DNA of 64,000 nt from a bacterium (lineage in GTDB: Bacteria > Zixibacteria > MSB-5A5 > GN15 > FEB-12), in assembly GCA_043811375.1 (NCBI GenBank), contig JBDRNJ010000039.1:64001-128000 (forward strand), written 5' to 3'. The translations under genes and the position numbers were made by a program. The notes beneath the pieces were generated by a model. That model did not search any database and was not told the DNA's origin. It saw nothing but the letters and a program-made list of their open reading frames with translations. This document shows, one piece after another, positions 29,988-39,237 of this stretch (positions are counted from its first letter, which is position 1; each line of letters opens with the position of its first letter).

Positions 29988-31607
29988 ATGTCCGACGATC
30001 TACCCAAAGCTGAACAACTGGGCCGGGTTGGCTATCGGCCACCCCGCAAGAAGTGGATGGATCCTTCGGTGGAGTTCCGTAAAGGGACCTATAACTACAG
30101 CACCGTTCCTAAGAACATGAAATACCTAGACCTGCCCAATCCTCGCAAGTGGCAACCGACCGATGACGACTGGCAGCTACCGGATAACTGGAAACAAATC
30201 ATCCTGGATGGATTTCGCGATCGCCTTGACAAGTATCGTTCACTGCGCGTATTCATGGATATCTGTGTACGCTGCGGCGCCTGCGCCGACAAGTGCCATT
30301 ATTTCATCGGTTCCGGTGATCCCAAGAATATGCCGGTGCTTCGCGCCGAGCTGCTGCGGTCGGTTTACCGCGGGGAGTTCACGACGGCCGGGAAAATCCT
30401 GGGTGGGATTGCCGGTGGTCGCAAACTGACAATGGGAGTACTGAAGGAATGGTTTTATTACTTCTTCCAGTGTACTGAGTGCCGTCGCTGTTCGGTGTTC
30501 TGCCCCTACGGCATCGACACCGCCGAGATCACCATGATGGCCCGCGAACTGCTCAACCTGGTGGGCGCCAGTATCGACTGGATAGGCACTCCGGTCGCCA
30601 ATTGCTTCCGTACCGGCAATCACCTGGGCATTCAGCCGCACGGCTTCAAGGACAGCATCGATTTTGCCGTTGACGAGCTGGAAGAACTCACCGGTGTAAA
30701 GGTGGAAGCTCCGATCAATAAAAAAGGCGCTGAGATACTATTCATCGCTCCCTCGGCCGATTACTTTGCTTCTCCACACTATTACACGCTGCTGGGCTAC
30801 CTGGCGCTTTTTCATGAGATCGGCCTGGATTACACCTGGAGCGCCTATGCCTCCGAGGGCGGCAATTTCGGACTGTTTCATTCCTCGGAGATGATGAAAC
30901 GTCTCAATGCCAAGGTCTACGATGAGGCCAAACGACTCGGTGTCAAGTGGATCATCGGCGGCGAATGCGGACACATGTGGCGGGTGTTGCACCAGTACAT
31001 GGACACCATGACCGGCCCGGCTGATTTTCTCGAGGAACCGGTGTCTCCCATCACCGGCACCCGCTTTGAGAACACCAGGACCACCAAAATGGTGCACATA
31101 GCGGAATTCACATCCGATTTGATTCGCCACAACAAACTGAAACTGGACCCCAGCCGAAACGACAACTGGATTGCTACCTATCATGACTCGTGCAATCCGG
31201 CCCGGGCGATGGGTCTGCTGGAGGAGCCGCGGTATATTATCAATAAGGTGGCCAACAACTTCCATGAGATGCCGGAAAACACCATTCGCGAGCAGACATT
31301 CTGCTGCGGTAGTGGTTCCGGTCTGGGCACCGACGAAAACCTGGAAATGAGGCTGCGCGGCGGGCTGCCGCGAGCCAACGCCGTGAAATACGTACAAGAG
31401 AAACACGGTGTCAATATCCTGTTGTGCATGTGCGCCATCGACAAGGCCACCCTGCCGCCCCTGTTGGAGTACTGGGTCCCTGACGTCGAAGTGGGGGGAG
31501 TGCACGAACTGGTCGGCAACGCGCTGGTGATGACCGGCGAAAAGAACCGCACCGCCGACCTGCGGGGTGAACCCTTCCCGGGAAAGGAGGGCAGTGACGA
31601 TGCATGA
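29988..31607 (+). CDS. dsrK: DsrK (HdrD-like Fe-S protein)
   Basis: CVRCGACADKC, CTECRRCSVFCP, GECGH, HDSCN and the FCCG CCG-domain motif. Confidence 0.96.
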   Translation: MSDDLPKAEQLGRVGYRPPRKKWMDPSVEFRKGTYNYSTVPKNMKYLDLPNPRKWQPTDDDWQLPDNWKQIILDGFRDRLDKYRSLRVFMDICVRCGACADKCHYFIGSGDPKNMPVLRAELLRSVYRGEFTTAGKILGGIAGGRKLTMGVLKEWFYYFFQCTECRRCSVFCPYGIDTAEITMMARELLNLVGASIDWIGTPVANCFRTGNHLGIQPHGFKDSIDFAVDELEELTGVKVEAPINKKGAEILFIAPSADYFASPHYYTLLGYLALFHEIGLDYTWSAYASEGGNFGLFHSSEMMKRLNAKVYDEAKRLGVKWIIGGECGHMWRVLHQYMDTMTGPADFLEEPVSPITGTRFENTRTTKMVHIAEFTSDLIRHNKLKLDPSRNDNWIATYHDSCNPARAMGLLEEPRYIINKVANNFHEMPENTIREQTFCCGSGSGLGTDENLEMRLRGGLPRANAVKYVQEKHGVNILLCMCAIDKATLPPLLEYWVPDVEVGGVHELVGNALVMTGEKNRTADLRGEPFPGKEGSDDA

Positions 31608-31983
31608 TGCTTCCAAGATCATAGTTGGCCTGCTGATATTCCTGGCCCTGATAGCCTTTCCCCTCTGGTACAACGCCGCCGGCGGCAAGGCCGACTACGT
31701 TCCGCAACTGGAGAAACCGGATACGGCCACCCAGTGTGTGGCCGAGGTTGCTTACATGACGGCTAACCACATGGACCTGCTCAACGAATGGCGCGACCGG
31801 GTAGTCCGCATTGGTGAGCGGTTATACGTTGATCATCTGGGCCGGACGCATGAAATGAGTCTGACCAAAACCTGCCTGAATTGCCACGCCAACCGGGACC
31901 AATTCTGTATCCGCTGCCACGACTATATGGGGGTCGCTCCCTATTGCTGGGACTGCCATGTCGACCCCAAGGAGGTCAGGTGA
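31600..31983 (+). CDS. dsrJ: DsrJ triheme cytochrome c
   Basis: N-terminal TM anchor, HMDLLNEWRD, and three heme motifs CLNCH, CIRCH, CWDCH. Confidence 0.93.
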   Translation: MHDASKIIVGLLIFLALIAFPLWYNAAGGKADYVPQLEKPDTATQCVAEVAYMTANHMDLLNEWRDRVVRIGERLYVDHLGRTHEMSLTKTCLNCHANRDQFCIRCHDYMGVAPYCWDCHVDPKEVR

Positions 31984-32768
31984 TGTCATTTGACAGACGC
32001 AAATTCATCAAGTTTTCGGGTCTGACCGTACTGGGGCTGGCCGGCCGAACGGTCGGCGATACTTTGTCCAAAACAGATACGACCGAAGTGGCGGAAACCG
32101 GGTCGCTTCAGCAACCGCTGACGGCGCATCGCTGGGCAATGGTGGTTGACATGAAGAAATGCCGGCAACAAGAAGGTTGCCGTGACTGTATCACCGCCTG
32201 CCACCGGGAACACAACGTGCCCCATTTTGACAACCCCAAGGACGAAATAAAGTGGATATGGAAGTCATCCTTTAAACATGCTTTCCACGAGCAGGAGCAC
32301 GAGTATCTTCCCGATGATCTTAAGAACAGCCATGTCCTGCTTTTGTGTAACCATTGCGACAATCCACCCTGCACCAAAGTGTGTCCCACCCAGGCGACCT
32401 GGAAAAGAGAGTCCGACGGTGTTGTTATGATGGATTGGCACCGATGTATCGGCTGCCGTTACTGCATGGTGGCCTGCCCGTATGGCTCGCGCAGCTTCAA
32501 CTGGCGGGACCCGCGTTCGTTTATCGAAGAAATAAAACCGGAGTATCCGACACGCACTCGCGGCGTGGTGGAGAAGTGTACTTTCTGCGATGAACGTCTG
32601 GCCCGGGGTCTGCCGCCGGCTTGTGTGGAGGCTTGCAAAGAGAAGGCGCTGGTGTTTGGCGATCTGGAAGATCCCGAGTCGGAAGTCCGGCAGCTTCTGC
32701 AGGGCCAAATGGCGCTCCAGCGCAAACCGGCCCTGGGAACGATACCCGAAGTTTATTATCTGGTGTGA
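31983..32768 (+). CDS. dsrO: DsrO periplasmic Fe-S protein (Tat-exported)
   Basis: Tat motif DRRKFIK; CNHCDNPPCTKVCP, CIGCRYCMVACP, KCTFC. Confidence 0.93.
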   Translation: MSFDRRKFIKFSGLTVLGLAGRTVGDTLSKTDTTEVAETGSLQQPLTAHRWAMVVDMKKCRQQEGCRDCITACHREHNVPHFDNPKDEIKWIWKSSFKHAFHEQEHEYLPDDLKNSHVLLLCNHCDNPPCTKVCPTQATWKRESDGVVMMDWHRCIGCRYCMVACPYGSRSFNWRDPRSFIEEIKPEYPTRTRGVVEKCTFCDERLARGLPPACVEACKEKALVFGDLEDPESEVRQLLQGQMALQRKPALGTIPEVYYLV

Positions 32769-32775
32769 GGGTTCA

Positions 32776-33945
32776 ATGATAGAACGCGTGTTCAGTGGTG
32801 GTCGAAGTTACTGGGGGTGGGTAGCTTTTCTGTTCATCGTCATCGGTGTGGGAACCCTCTTCTACCTGCGTCAGTTCCAGGAAGGTCTGTATATCACCGG
32901 CATGGGCCGGGATGTTTCCTGGGGCTTATATATCGCCCAGTTCACCTTTCTGGTGGGAGTGGCCGCCTCGGCGGTGATGGTGGTTCTGCCATATTATCTG
33001 CATGACTATAAAGCCTTCGGTAAAATTACTATTCTCGGAGAGTTTCTGGCGATAGGCGCGGTGGTCATGTGCATGACGTTCATTTTCGTCGACATGGGCC
33101 AGCCGTTTCGGATCCTCAATGTCTTTCTGTACCCGACGTTGAATTCGATGATGTTCTGGGACACGGTCGCCCTGAGCGGCTACCTGGTGTTGAACATATT
33201 GATCAGTTTCGTCACCCTCGAAGCGGAGCGCCGCTCGGTGCCGCCGTCGAGATGGATAAAACCGATAATCATCCTGTCCATTCCGTGGGCGGTCAGCATT
33301 CATACCGTGACGGCTTTCCTGTATGCCGGTCTGGCGGCGCGGCCGTTCTGGATGACGGCTGTTTTAGCGCCCCGGTTCCTGGCATCGGCCTTTTCGGCCG
33401 GTCCGGCCCTGTTGCTTCTGATCTGTCTCATACTGCGCCGGATCAGCCGCTTCGACGTCGGCCGCGAGCCAATCCAGAAATTGGGCGTTATTGTCACCTA
33501 TGCCATGGCTTTTAATGTCTTCCTGATCCTGATGGAACTGTTCACGGCCATCTACAGCGGTATCCCCGAGCACCTGACACATTTCCAGTACCTCTATTTT
33601 GGTCTTGAAGGCCACAGCACACTGGTGCCGTGGATGTGGACCTCGGCGGTGCTGGCGGTGCTGTCGCTGGTCTTGCTGCTGGTGCCGAAGGCTCGACGCA
33701 ACGAGAAAATCCTGATTGTCGCCTGCCTGAGCGTCTTTTTCTCCATCTGGATCGACAAGGGTCTGGGGATGGTGGTCACCGGGTTTATACCTAATCCGAT
33801 GGGTGAAGTTGTCGGCTACTGGCCGACAGTTCCGGAGTTGTTTATCTCACTCGGAGTATACGGTATGGGGGTGTTGATAGTGACGGTGCTGTACAAGATC
33901 GCCCTGTCGGTCAGGCGCCAGTTGCCGACGCAGCCGTTGAGATAG
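32776..33945 (+). CDS. dsrP: DsrP (NrfD/PsrC family membrane protein)
   Basis: WGLYIAQFTFLVGVAASA, DMGQP, SIHTVTAFLY, PRFLASAF. Confidence 0.95.
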   Translation: MIERVFSGGRSYWGWVAFLFIVIGVGTLFYLRQFQEGLYITGMGRDVSWGLYIAQFTFLVGVAASAVMVVLPYYLHDYKAFGKITILGEFLAIGAVVMCMTFIFVDMGQPFRILNVFLYPTLNSMMFWDTVALSGYLVLNILISFVTLEAERRSVPPSRWIKPIIILSIPWAVSIHTVTAFLYAGLAARPFWMTAVLAPRFLASAFSAGPALLLLICLILRRISRFDVGREPIQKLGVIVTYAMAFNVFLILMELFTAIYSGIPEHLTHFQYLYFGLEGHSTLVPWMWTSAVLAVLSLVLLLVPKARRNEKILIVACLSVFFSIWIDKGLGMVVTGFIPNPMGEVVGYWPTVPELFISLGVYGMGVLIVTVLYKIALSVRRQLPTQPLR

Positions 33946-33986
33946 CCGGAGCGGACTCTCTGCGGTAGTCACAGCTATCGGCGCTG

Positions 33987-34015
33987 TTGACTTCTGAGAG
34001 AGATAAAGATACACT
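33987..34015 (+). promoter_or_regulatory. Sigma70-type promoter for the persulfide reductase-hem operon
   Basis: TTGACT 33987-33992, 17 nt, TACACT 34010-34015. Confidence 0.6.
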
Positions 34016-34067
34016 GATAACCCCGGGGTTGGAAACAACCAACCCCTTGCTTCTGTGAGATAGAGCC

Positions 34068-35759
34068 TTGGACAGATCGGATTTTGTCATTATCGGCGGT
34101 GTGGCGGTCGGGCCGAAAACAGCGGCCACCCTGGCGCGGCGTCTGCCGAACGCCGGTATTACCCTCTTTCAGAAAGAAGAACAGATTTCGTACGCGCAGT
34201 GCGGTCTGCCTTACATTGCGTCCGGCGAGTTGGGGGATTTGAAAGAGCTTACCGTTACCCCGTATGGTGTCGTTCGCGACACCGATTTCTTCAGGAACAC
34301 CAAGGGTTTTGAGGCGATCACCGGCGCCGAGGTGATTGGCATTGACCGTGAGAAGAAAATCGTTTCGGTCAGGATGAACCAAAGCGGCGAGACGATCAAA
34401 CATGCTTACGGCAAGCTGGTCATCGCCACCGGTGCAGTACCGAACCAACCTCCGTTTCCGGTGCCCGACAGCCCGCTGGTCAGATCGTTTACGCGCCCCG
34501 ATGACGCCGTCAGTTTCCGCAGGCTGGCCGAGCAGGGGAAGGTCGGCCAGGTTGTCATTGTGGGTGGTGGTTTTATCAGCTGCGAGCTGGTCGATGCCGT
34601 ACGTGACATGTGGGGTATCGAAGCGACCCTGGTTGAAAAGGAAAATCAACTGCTGCCGTTTGTCCTCGATTTCGAAATGGCTGCCATCGTCCGACGGACC
34701 ATCAGCGGGAACGGTGTAAAGGTCTTGACGGAGACGACGGTGGATCGAATTGACCTGGATGCGGACGGCCGACCGGTCGTTCACATAGCGGGACATGGGG
34801 CGATTTCTACCGATTACGTCTTTCTTTGTCTGGGCGTGCATCCGGAGACGACACTGGCGCACAAGTGCGGCCTGGAAGTCGGCGAAACGGGCGGGATTGT
34901 GGTGGACTCGCATCTGCAGACGTCCGATCAGGATATTTATGCCGGTGGTGACTGCATCGAGTCGTGGCATCAGGTGACGGGAGAGAAGTTCTTCCTGTCG
35001 ATGGGGTCGCTGGCCAACCGACACGGCCGCGTGATTGCCGAGAACCTCGCCGGAGGCAATGTTGAGTTTCCCGGAACCTTGGGTGCATTTCTGCTGAAAG
35101 TGCTGGACGTCAACGTCGGTTCGGTTGGTCTCTCGCAGCAGGCGGCAGAGAAGGCCGGCTTTGGGGCGAAAGCGGTCTGGGGTACTTTTCCGGACAAACC
35201 TGATTATCATCCGGATAAGCAGATGTTTGTTCTCAAACTCGTGTATAACGAGTCTGACGGAAAACTGCTGGGGATTCAGGGAGTCGGTGCGGGAGATGTC
35301 TGCCGGCGGGTTGATGTTTTTTCCTCGTTCCTCCGGTACCGGGGCACTTTGGACGATCTCATCGACCTCGAACACGGCTACACCCCGGCATACTCCGAAC
35401 CGCTCGATCCGCTATACCAGATGGCGACAATAGCGGCAGGGCAACGGAACGGAATGGATTTCATCGACCCGGGCTCAGACTTCTCGGGCTTCACCGGCCG
35501 GATAGTCTGGCTTGATGTGCGCGAGACGGAAGAAGCCGACACCAAGCCGCTGCCGGTGGCCATCAGTGAGATGGGCCAGAGGGTCGTCAATATCCCCCTG
35601 AATGATTTACGAGGGCGTCTTGACGAGCTTGAGCACGGGAAGAAAATGATCGTCGTCTGTCAACGAGGTTCGCGATCGTACCAGGCGGCCCTGACCCTGA
35701 AGCAGTCGGGCTTCGATGATGTACATGTCTTGGGTGGTGGGCTGGCAACCTTGATGTAG
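34068..35759 (+). CDS. CoA-disulfide/persulfide reductase with C-terminal rhodanese domain (Npsr/CoADR-RHD-like)
   Basis: IIGGVAVG, SYAQCGLPY redox Cys, IYAGGDC, YTPAYS; rhodanese LDVRE...VVCQRGSRS...LGGG. Confidence 0.88.
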   Translation: MDRSDFVIIGGVAVGPKTAATLARRLPNAGITLFQKEEQISYAQCGLPYIASGELGDLKELTVTPYGVVRDTDFFRNTKGFEAITGAEVIGIDREKKIVSVRMNQSGETIKHAYGKLVIATGAVPNQPPFPVPDSPLVRSFTRPDDAVSFRRLAEQGKVGQVVIVGGGFISCELVDAVRDMWGIEATLVEKENQLLPFVLDFEMAAIVRRTISGNGVKVLTETTVDRIDLDADGRPVVHIAGHGAISTDYVFLCLGVHPETTLAHKCGLEVGETGGIVVDSHLQTSDQDIYAGGDCIESWHQVTGEKFFLSMGSLANRHGRVIAENLAGGNVEFPGTLGAFLLKVLDVNVGSVGLSQQAAEKAGFGAKAVWGTFPDKPDYHPDKQMFVLKLVYNESDGKLLGIQGVGAGDVCRRVDVFSSFLRYRGTLDDLIDLEHGYTPAYSEPLDPLYQMATIAAGQRNGMDFIDPGSDFSGFTGRIVWLDVRETEEADTKPLPVAISEMGQRVVNIPLNDLRGRLDELEHGKKMIVVCQRGSRSYQAALTLKQSGFDDVHVLGGGLATLM

Positions 35760-35809
35760 GAGTTGCACAGTGTCCGATCAAATGCAACAGCCCGGGAGAA
35801 CAGTTCCTT

Positions 35810-37030
35810 ATGGCGACAAATAACTGGCAACTGACCGTGTGTGGTATCAGCCACCGGACATCTTCTCTGGCGGAGCGGGAACCGCTGCAGATCGGACACG
35901 ATGAGATAGCCGCCGCCCAGAGTACTTTCCGCGGCCTGCCGGGAGTGATGGAATCGATCATCGTGGCTACCTGTAACCGGGTGGAGTTTTATTCTGTTGC
36001 CGAACGACAGGCATCGCCTTTCAAAACGGCGACGTCGTTCTATCAGGCGATACGCGGGATCGACATTTCAAATCTTGAAGAGAAGTTCTACACCCGGCGC
36101 AGCAAACATGCCGCCGATCATCTGTTCCGGGTGACGGCCGGGCTGGATTCGATGGTACTCGGTGAAAACCAGATACTCCGGCAGGTGAAAGATGCCTACA
36201 GCTCCGCCTGCGCGGTGAAGGCGACCGGTAAAGTGATCCACCGGCTGTTTCACCAGGCTTTTCGCATCGGCAAGCAGGTCCGCACCGATACCGAAATGGG
36301 CCAGGGCGCCTGCTCGGTCAGCAGCGCCTCGATGGAAATGTTGAGGCACAAGATTGGCGACTTAAAAGCACCCATAGTGCTCTTCGTGGGCATCAACCAG
36401 ATGATCCACCTGGCCGCCAACGGACTCAATCGTCCGGATGGAGCGAAATTCCTTTTTGCTAACCGCACCGTCGAGAAGGCGGTTGAGTTCGCCGGACGAT
36501 ATGGAGCCACCGGTCACTCGCTGCAGGAACTGCCGCACCTGTTGGGCCGGGCCGACCTGGTGGTAACCTGTACCGGGTCCACCCGCCCGGTGATCACACG
36601 CGAAATGATCGATATTGTCATGGCTGCCCGTACGGACAGGAGGCTGACGATTATGGATATGGCGATTCCGCGTGACGTCGAGATCGCAAAAGACCATCAT
36701 GCCGACATCGATTTGTTTGACCTGGAAGATGTCCAGGCTTTCGTGCGCAACCAGCAGAAGAAGAGAGAAAAAGCCATTCCCCAGTCTGAAGAGATAGTCC
36801 AGTACCGACTGGACGAGTTCATGTACTGGTTTGATCACGTCCGCCATGAGCCGGCCTACAATGGCATGGGGAGTTCTTTTGAGGCTGCCCGGCAACAGGA
36901 ACTGGGGGATGTGCTGGCTAAGCTCTCGCCGGAACTGCGCCGCGAGGTAGACGACGCCAGCCGTCGGCTGATGACGCGCCTGCTGCGTATTAAAACCACT
37001 ACTACTCAATCACCTGGAAAATCGGAGTAA
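35810..37030 (+). CDS. hemA: Glutamyl-tRNA reductase
   Basis: GISHRT, ATCNRVEFY catalytic Cys, HLFRVTAGLDSMVLGENQI, DMAIPRDV. Confidence 0.92.
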   Translation: MATNNWQLTVCGISHRTSSLAEREPLQIGHDEIAAAQSTFRGLPGVMESIIVATCNRVEFYSVAERQASPFKTATSFYQAIRGIDISNLEEKFYTRRSKHAADHLFRVTAGLDSMVLGENQILRQVKDAYSSACAVKATGKVIHRLFHQAFRIGKQVRTDTEMGQGACSVSSASMEMLRHKIGDLKAPIVLFVGINQMIHLAANGLNRPDGAKFLFANRTVEKAVEFAGRYGATGHSLQELPHLLGRADLVVTCTGSTRPVITREMIDIVMAARTDRRLTIMDMAIPRDVEIAKDHHADIDLFDLEDVQAFVRNQQKKREKAIPQSEEIVQYRLDEFMYWFDHVRHEPAYNGMGSSFEAARQQELGDVLAKLSPELRREVDDASRRLMTRLLRIKTTTTQSPGKSE

Positions 37031-37037
37031 TTGTCTT

Positions 37038-37676
37038 ATGGCCAATGAGTATTTGCCGGTCGGTCTGTCATTGAAAGTCCGTTCCTGTCTGGTAGTGGGC
37101 GGCGGCAAGGTTGCCCTGCGCAAAATTGAAACGCTGCTGGATTATGATTCACAGATCACGGTAGTGGCGCCGGAACCGGATGAGAAAATCACGTACTACG
37201 CCGAAAAAGGAAAGCTGCAACTCAAGCAACGAGCCTATCGTTCGCCGGAAGCACAACAGTATGGCCTGGTTATCTCCGCCAGCGATGACGCCGGCGTTAA
37301 CGAAACAGTCCATCGGGACTGCCGCGACACCGGAGTACCAATCAACGTCGTCGACAATCCGGCCATGTGTGATGTCGTCTTTCCGGCCGTGTTGAAACGT
37401 GACTGCCTGACCGTAGCTGTGGCCACCGACGGCAAAGCACCTTTTCTGTCGGGACACCTGCGCCTGATACTGGAGAACGTCTTCCCTAAAAGGTGGAGCA
37501 TGCTGGCGAAGCAGGCGGCTCAATTCAGAACAAAACTGTACCGGCACTTTAAGGACCAACCGGAGAAGAGAACGGCCGCAATCGAACGTTTCCTGGAGGC
37601 CGATTGGCAAACCCTGCTCAAAGACAAAAATAGCGACGAGATCGAGCAGGAAGTGGACCGGATACTTAAGGGGTGA
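37038..37676 (+). CDS. Precorrin-2 dehydrogenase/sirohydrochlorin ferrochelatase (SirC/Met8/CysG N-terminal type)
   Basis: LVVGGGKVALRK, INVVDNP..CDVVFPA, VATDGKAP. Confidence 0.9.
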   Translation: MANEYLPVGLSLKVRSCLVVGGGKVALRKIETLLDYDSQITVVAPEPDEKITYYAEKGKLQLKQRAYRSPEAQQYGLVISASDDAGVNETVHRDCRDTGVPINVVDNPAMCDVVFPAVLKRDCLTVAVATDGKAPFLSGHLRLILENVFPKRWSMLAKQAAQFRTKLYRHFKDQPEKRTAAIERFLEADWQTLLKDKNSDEIEQEVDRILKG

Positions 37677-37683
37677 TGCGACG

Positions 37684-39237
37684 ATGGCATCGGCAAACAC
37701 AGGTACGGTTTATCTTATCGGAGCCGGACCCGGTGACCCGGATCTGATAACCGTCAGGGGGCGCCGGTTACTCAACGACTGCCGGGCTGTTGTTTATGAC
37801 AACCTGGTTCCATTCGAATTGATCGTAACTCTCCCGGCGACAACCGAAAAACACTATGTCGGCAAGCAGGCCGGGAAAAGCTGCCGTTCACAAGAGGAGA
37901 TCAACCGGTTACTGGTGCGACTGGCGAGTGAAGGAAAAAATGTGGCTCGTCTTAAGGGAAGCGATCCCCTCATATTCGGGCGTGGCGCCGAGGAAGCACA
38001 GTATCTCAAGAAAAACGGCATCAGGTTCGAGATTGTGCCGGGTGTTACTTCCGGCATTGCGGCGCCGGTCTATGCCGGTATCCCCTGTACCGATCGTGAT
38101 CGAGCTTCCTTTGTACTCTTTGTGACCGGTCACAAGGCGGCCGACAAAGCCGTCTCCGATGTTCCCTGGGAGTGGGTAGCCAAAGCGAACCACGGGACCG
38201 TCGTGATCTACATGGGTGTCGGTGAAATCAGTGACATCGTCACTTCTCTTGTTGAAAAAGGGATGCCTGCTGAGACGGCAGCCGCCGTGATCGAGCGCGG
38301 TACTTTCCCATCGCAAAGAGTCTTCACTACCACTCTGGCCGAACTGCCCCGGACCGTGACCACTCAGGACGTGCGTTCACCGGCTTTGTTCGTTTTGGGC
38401 AAAGTCGTCGAACTGCGCCCGATTATGCAATGGTTCGAGGCTCGCCCGCTGCTGGGAGTGCGCGTAATGGTCACCCGACCGGCCGATCAGGCCCAGCCGA
38501 TGTACGATTCGTTGCGGCAACTCGGCGCCGAAGTGTCGGCCTGTCCGACTATCGCCACTGCCGAACATATCGACGATAACGGCTGGCAGGCTTTTGAGAA
38601 ACTCTCATCAGAAAACCGATGGTTAGTATTTACCAGTGAGAACGGAGTGCGCTACTTCATGCGGCAGTTTTTCTCACAGTGGCCTGATGTCCGTCGGTTG
38701 GGCTGTTTCAGGATAGCGGCCTTAGGTCATGGCACCGCCGGGGCGCTGGCCCGGTATAACCTGAAGGCTGACTTCGTACCAACCGAGGCAACTACGGCGG
38801 CCTTTGCCCAACAACTGGCCGGCAGCCGGTCATGGGAAAACAGCGAAGTAGTCCGGGTGCGCGGCAACCTGAGTGTTGATAACATTGACCGCAGCTTAGC
38901 TGCTGCCGGTGCCGGTGTCTTGCCTCTTACCGTCTACCGGACGTTTCACCCGACCTGGCCGGAGGGACTTACCGAAAAGTTGCTTCAGTATCCCCCGGAC
39001 GTGATTACTTTCACCAGCGGCACAAGTGTCACGGGGTTGTTTGAAATACTACCGGCGGACAACGTCAAATCAATACTATCGGGGGCGAAAGTGCTGACAA
39101 TCGGACCGGCTACTTCAGCGGTGGCCCGCGAGCACGGCCTCGATGTCACTATCGAAGCGCGCCGGCACTCTATCCCGGCCATGATAGACGAACTGGTAGC
39201 CTACGCCACTGAACATTCTTTACGGAGGTCGTCATGA
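37684..39237 (+). CDS. cobA: Uroporphyrinogen-III C-methyltransferase fused to uroporphyrinogen-III synthase (CobA/HemD)
   Basis: GAGPGDPDLIT, RLKGSDPLIFGRG, VPGVTSG; HemD part VMVTRP, VFTSENGV, FTSGTSV, IGPAT. Confidence 0.93.
   Translation: MASANTGTVYLIGAGPGDPDLITVRGRRLLNDCRAVVYDNLVPFELIVTLPATTEKHYVGKQAGKSCRSQEEINRLLVRLASEGKNVARLKGSDPLIFGRGAEEAQYLKKNGIRFEIVPGVTSGIAAPVYAGIPCTDRDRASFVLFVTGHKAADKAVSDVPWEWVAKANHGTVVIYMGVGEISDIVTSLVEKGMPAETAAAVIERGTFPSQRVFTTTLAELPRTVTTQDVRSPALFVLGKVVELRPIMQWFEARPLLGVRVMVTRPADQAQPMYDSLRQLGAEVSACPTIATAEHIDDNGWQAFEKLSSENRWLVFTSENGVRYFMRQFFSQWPDVRRLGCFRIAALGHGTAGALARYNLKADFVPTEATTAAFAQQLAGSRSWENSEVVRVRGNLSVDNIDRSLAAAGAGVLPLTVYRTFHPTWPEGLTEKLLQYPPDVITFTSGTSVTGLFEILPADNVKSILSGAKVLTIGPATSAVAREHGLDVTIEARRHSIPAMIDELVAYATEHSLRRSS

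Noticed and set aside
33975..35375. 466-aa minus-strand ORF, and similar long antisense ORFs at 49469-50647, 30738-31688, 27028-27918 and 44087-44941
   Set aside because: Shadow frames of well-supported genes on the opposite strand, with no recognisable motifs
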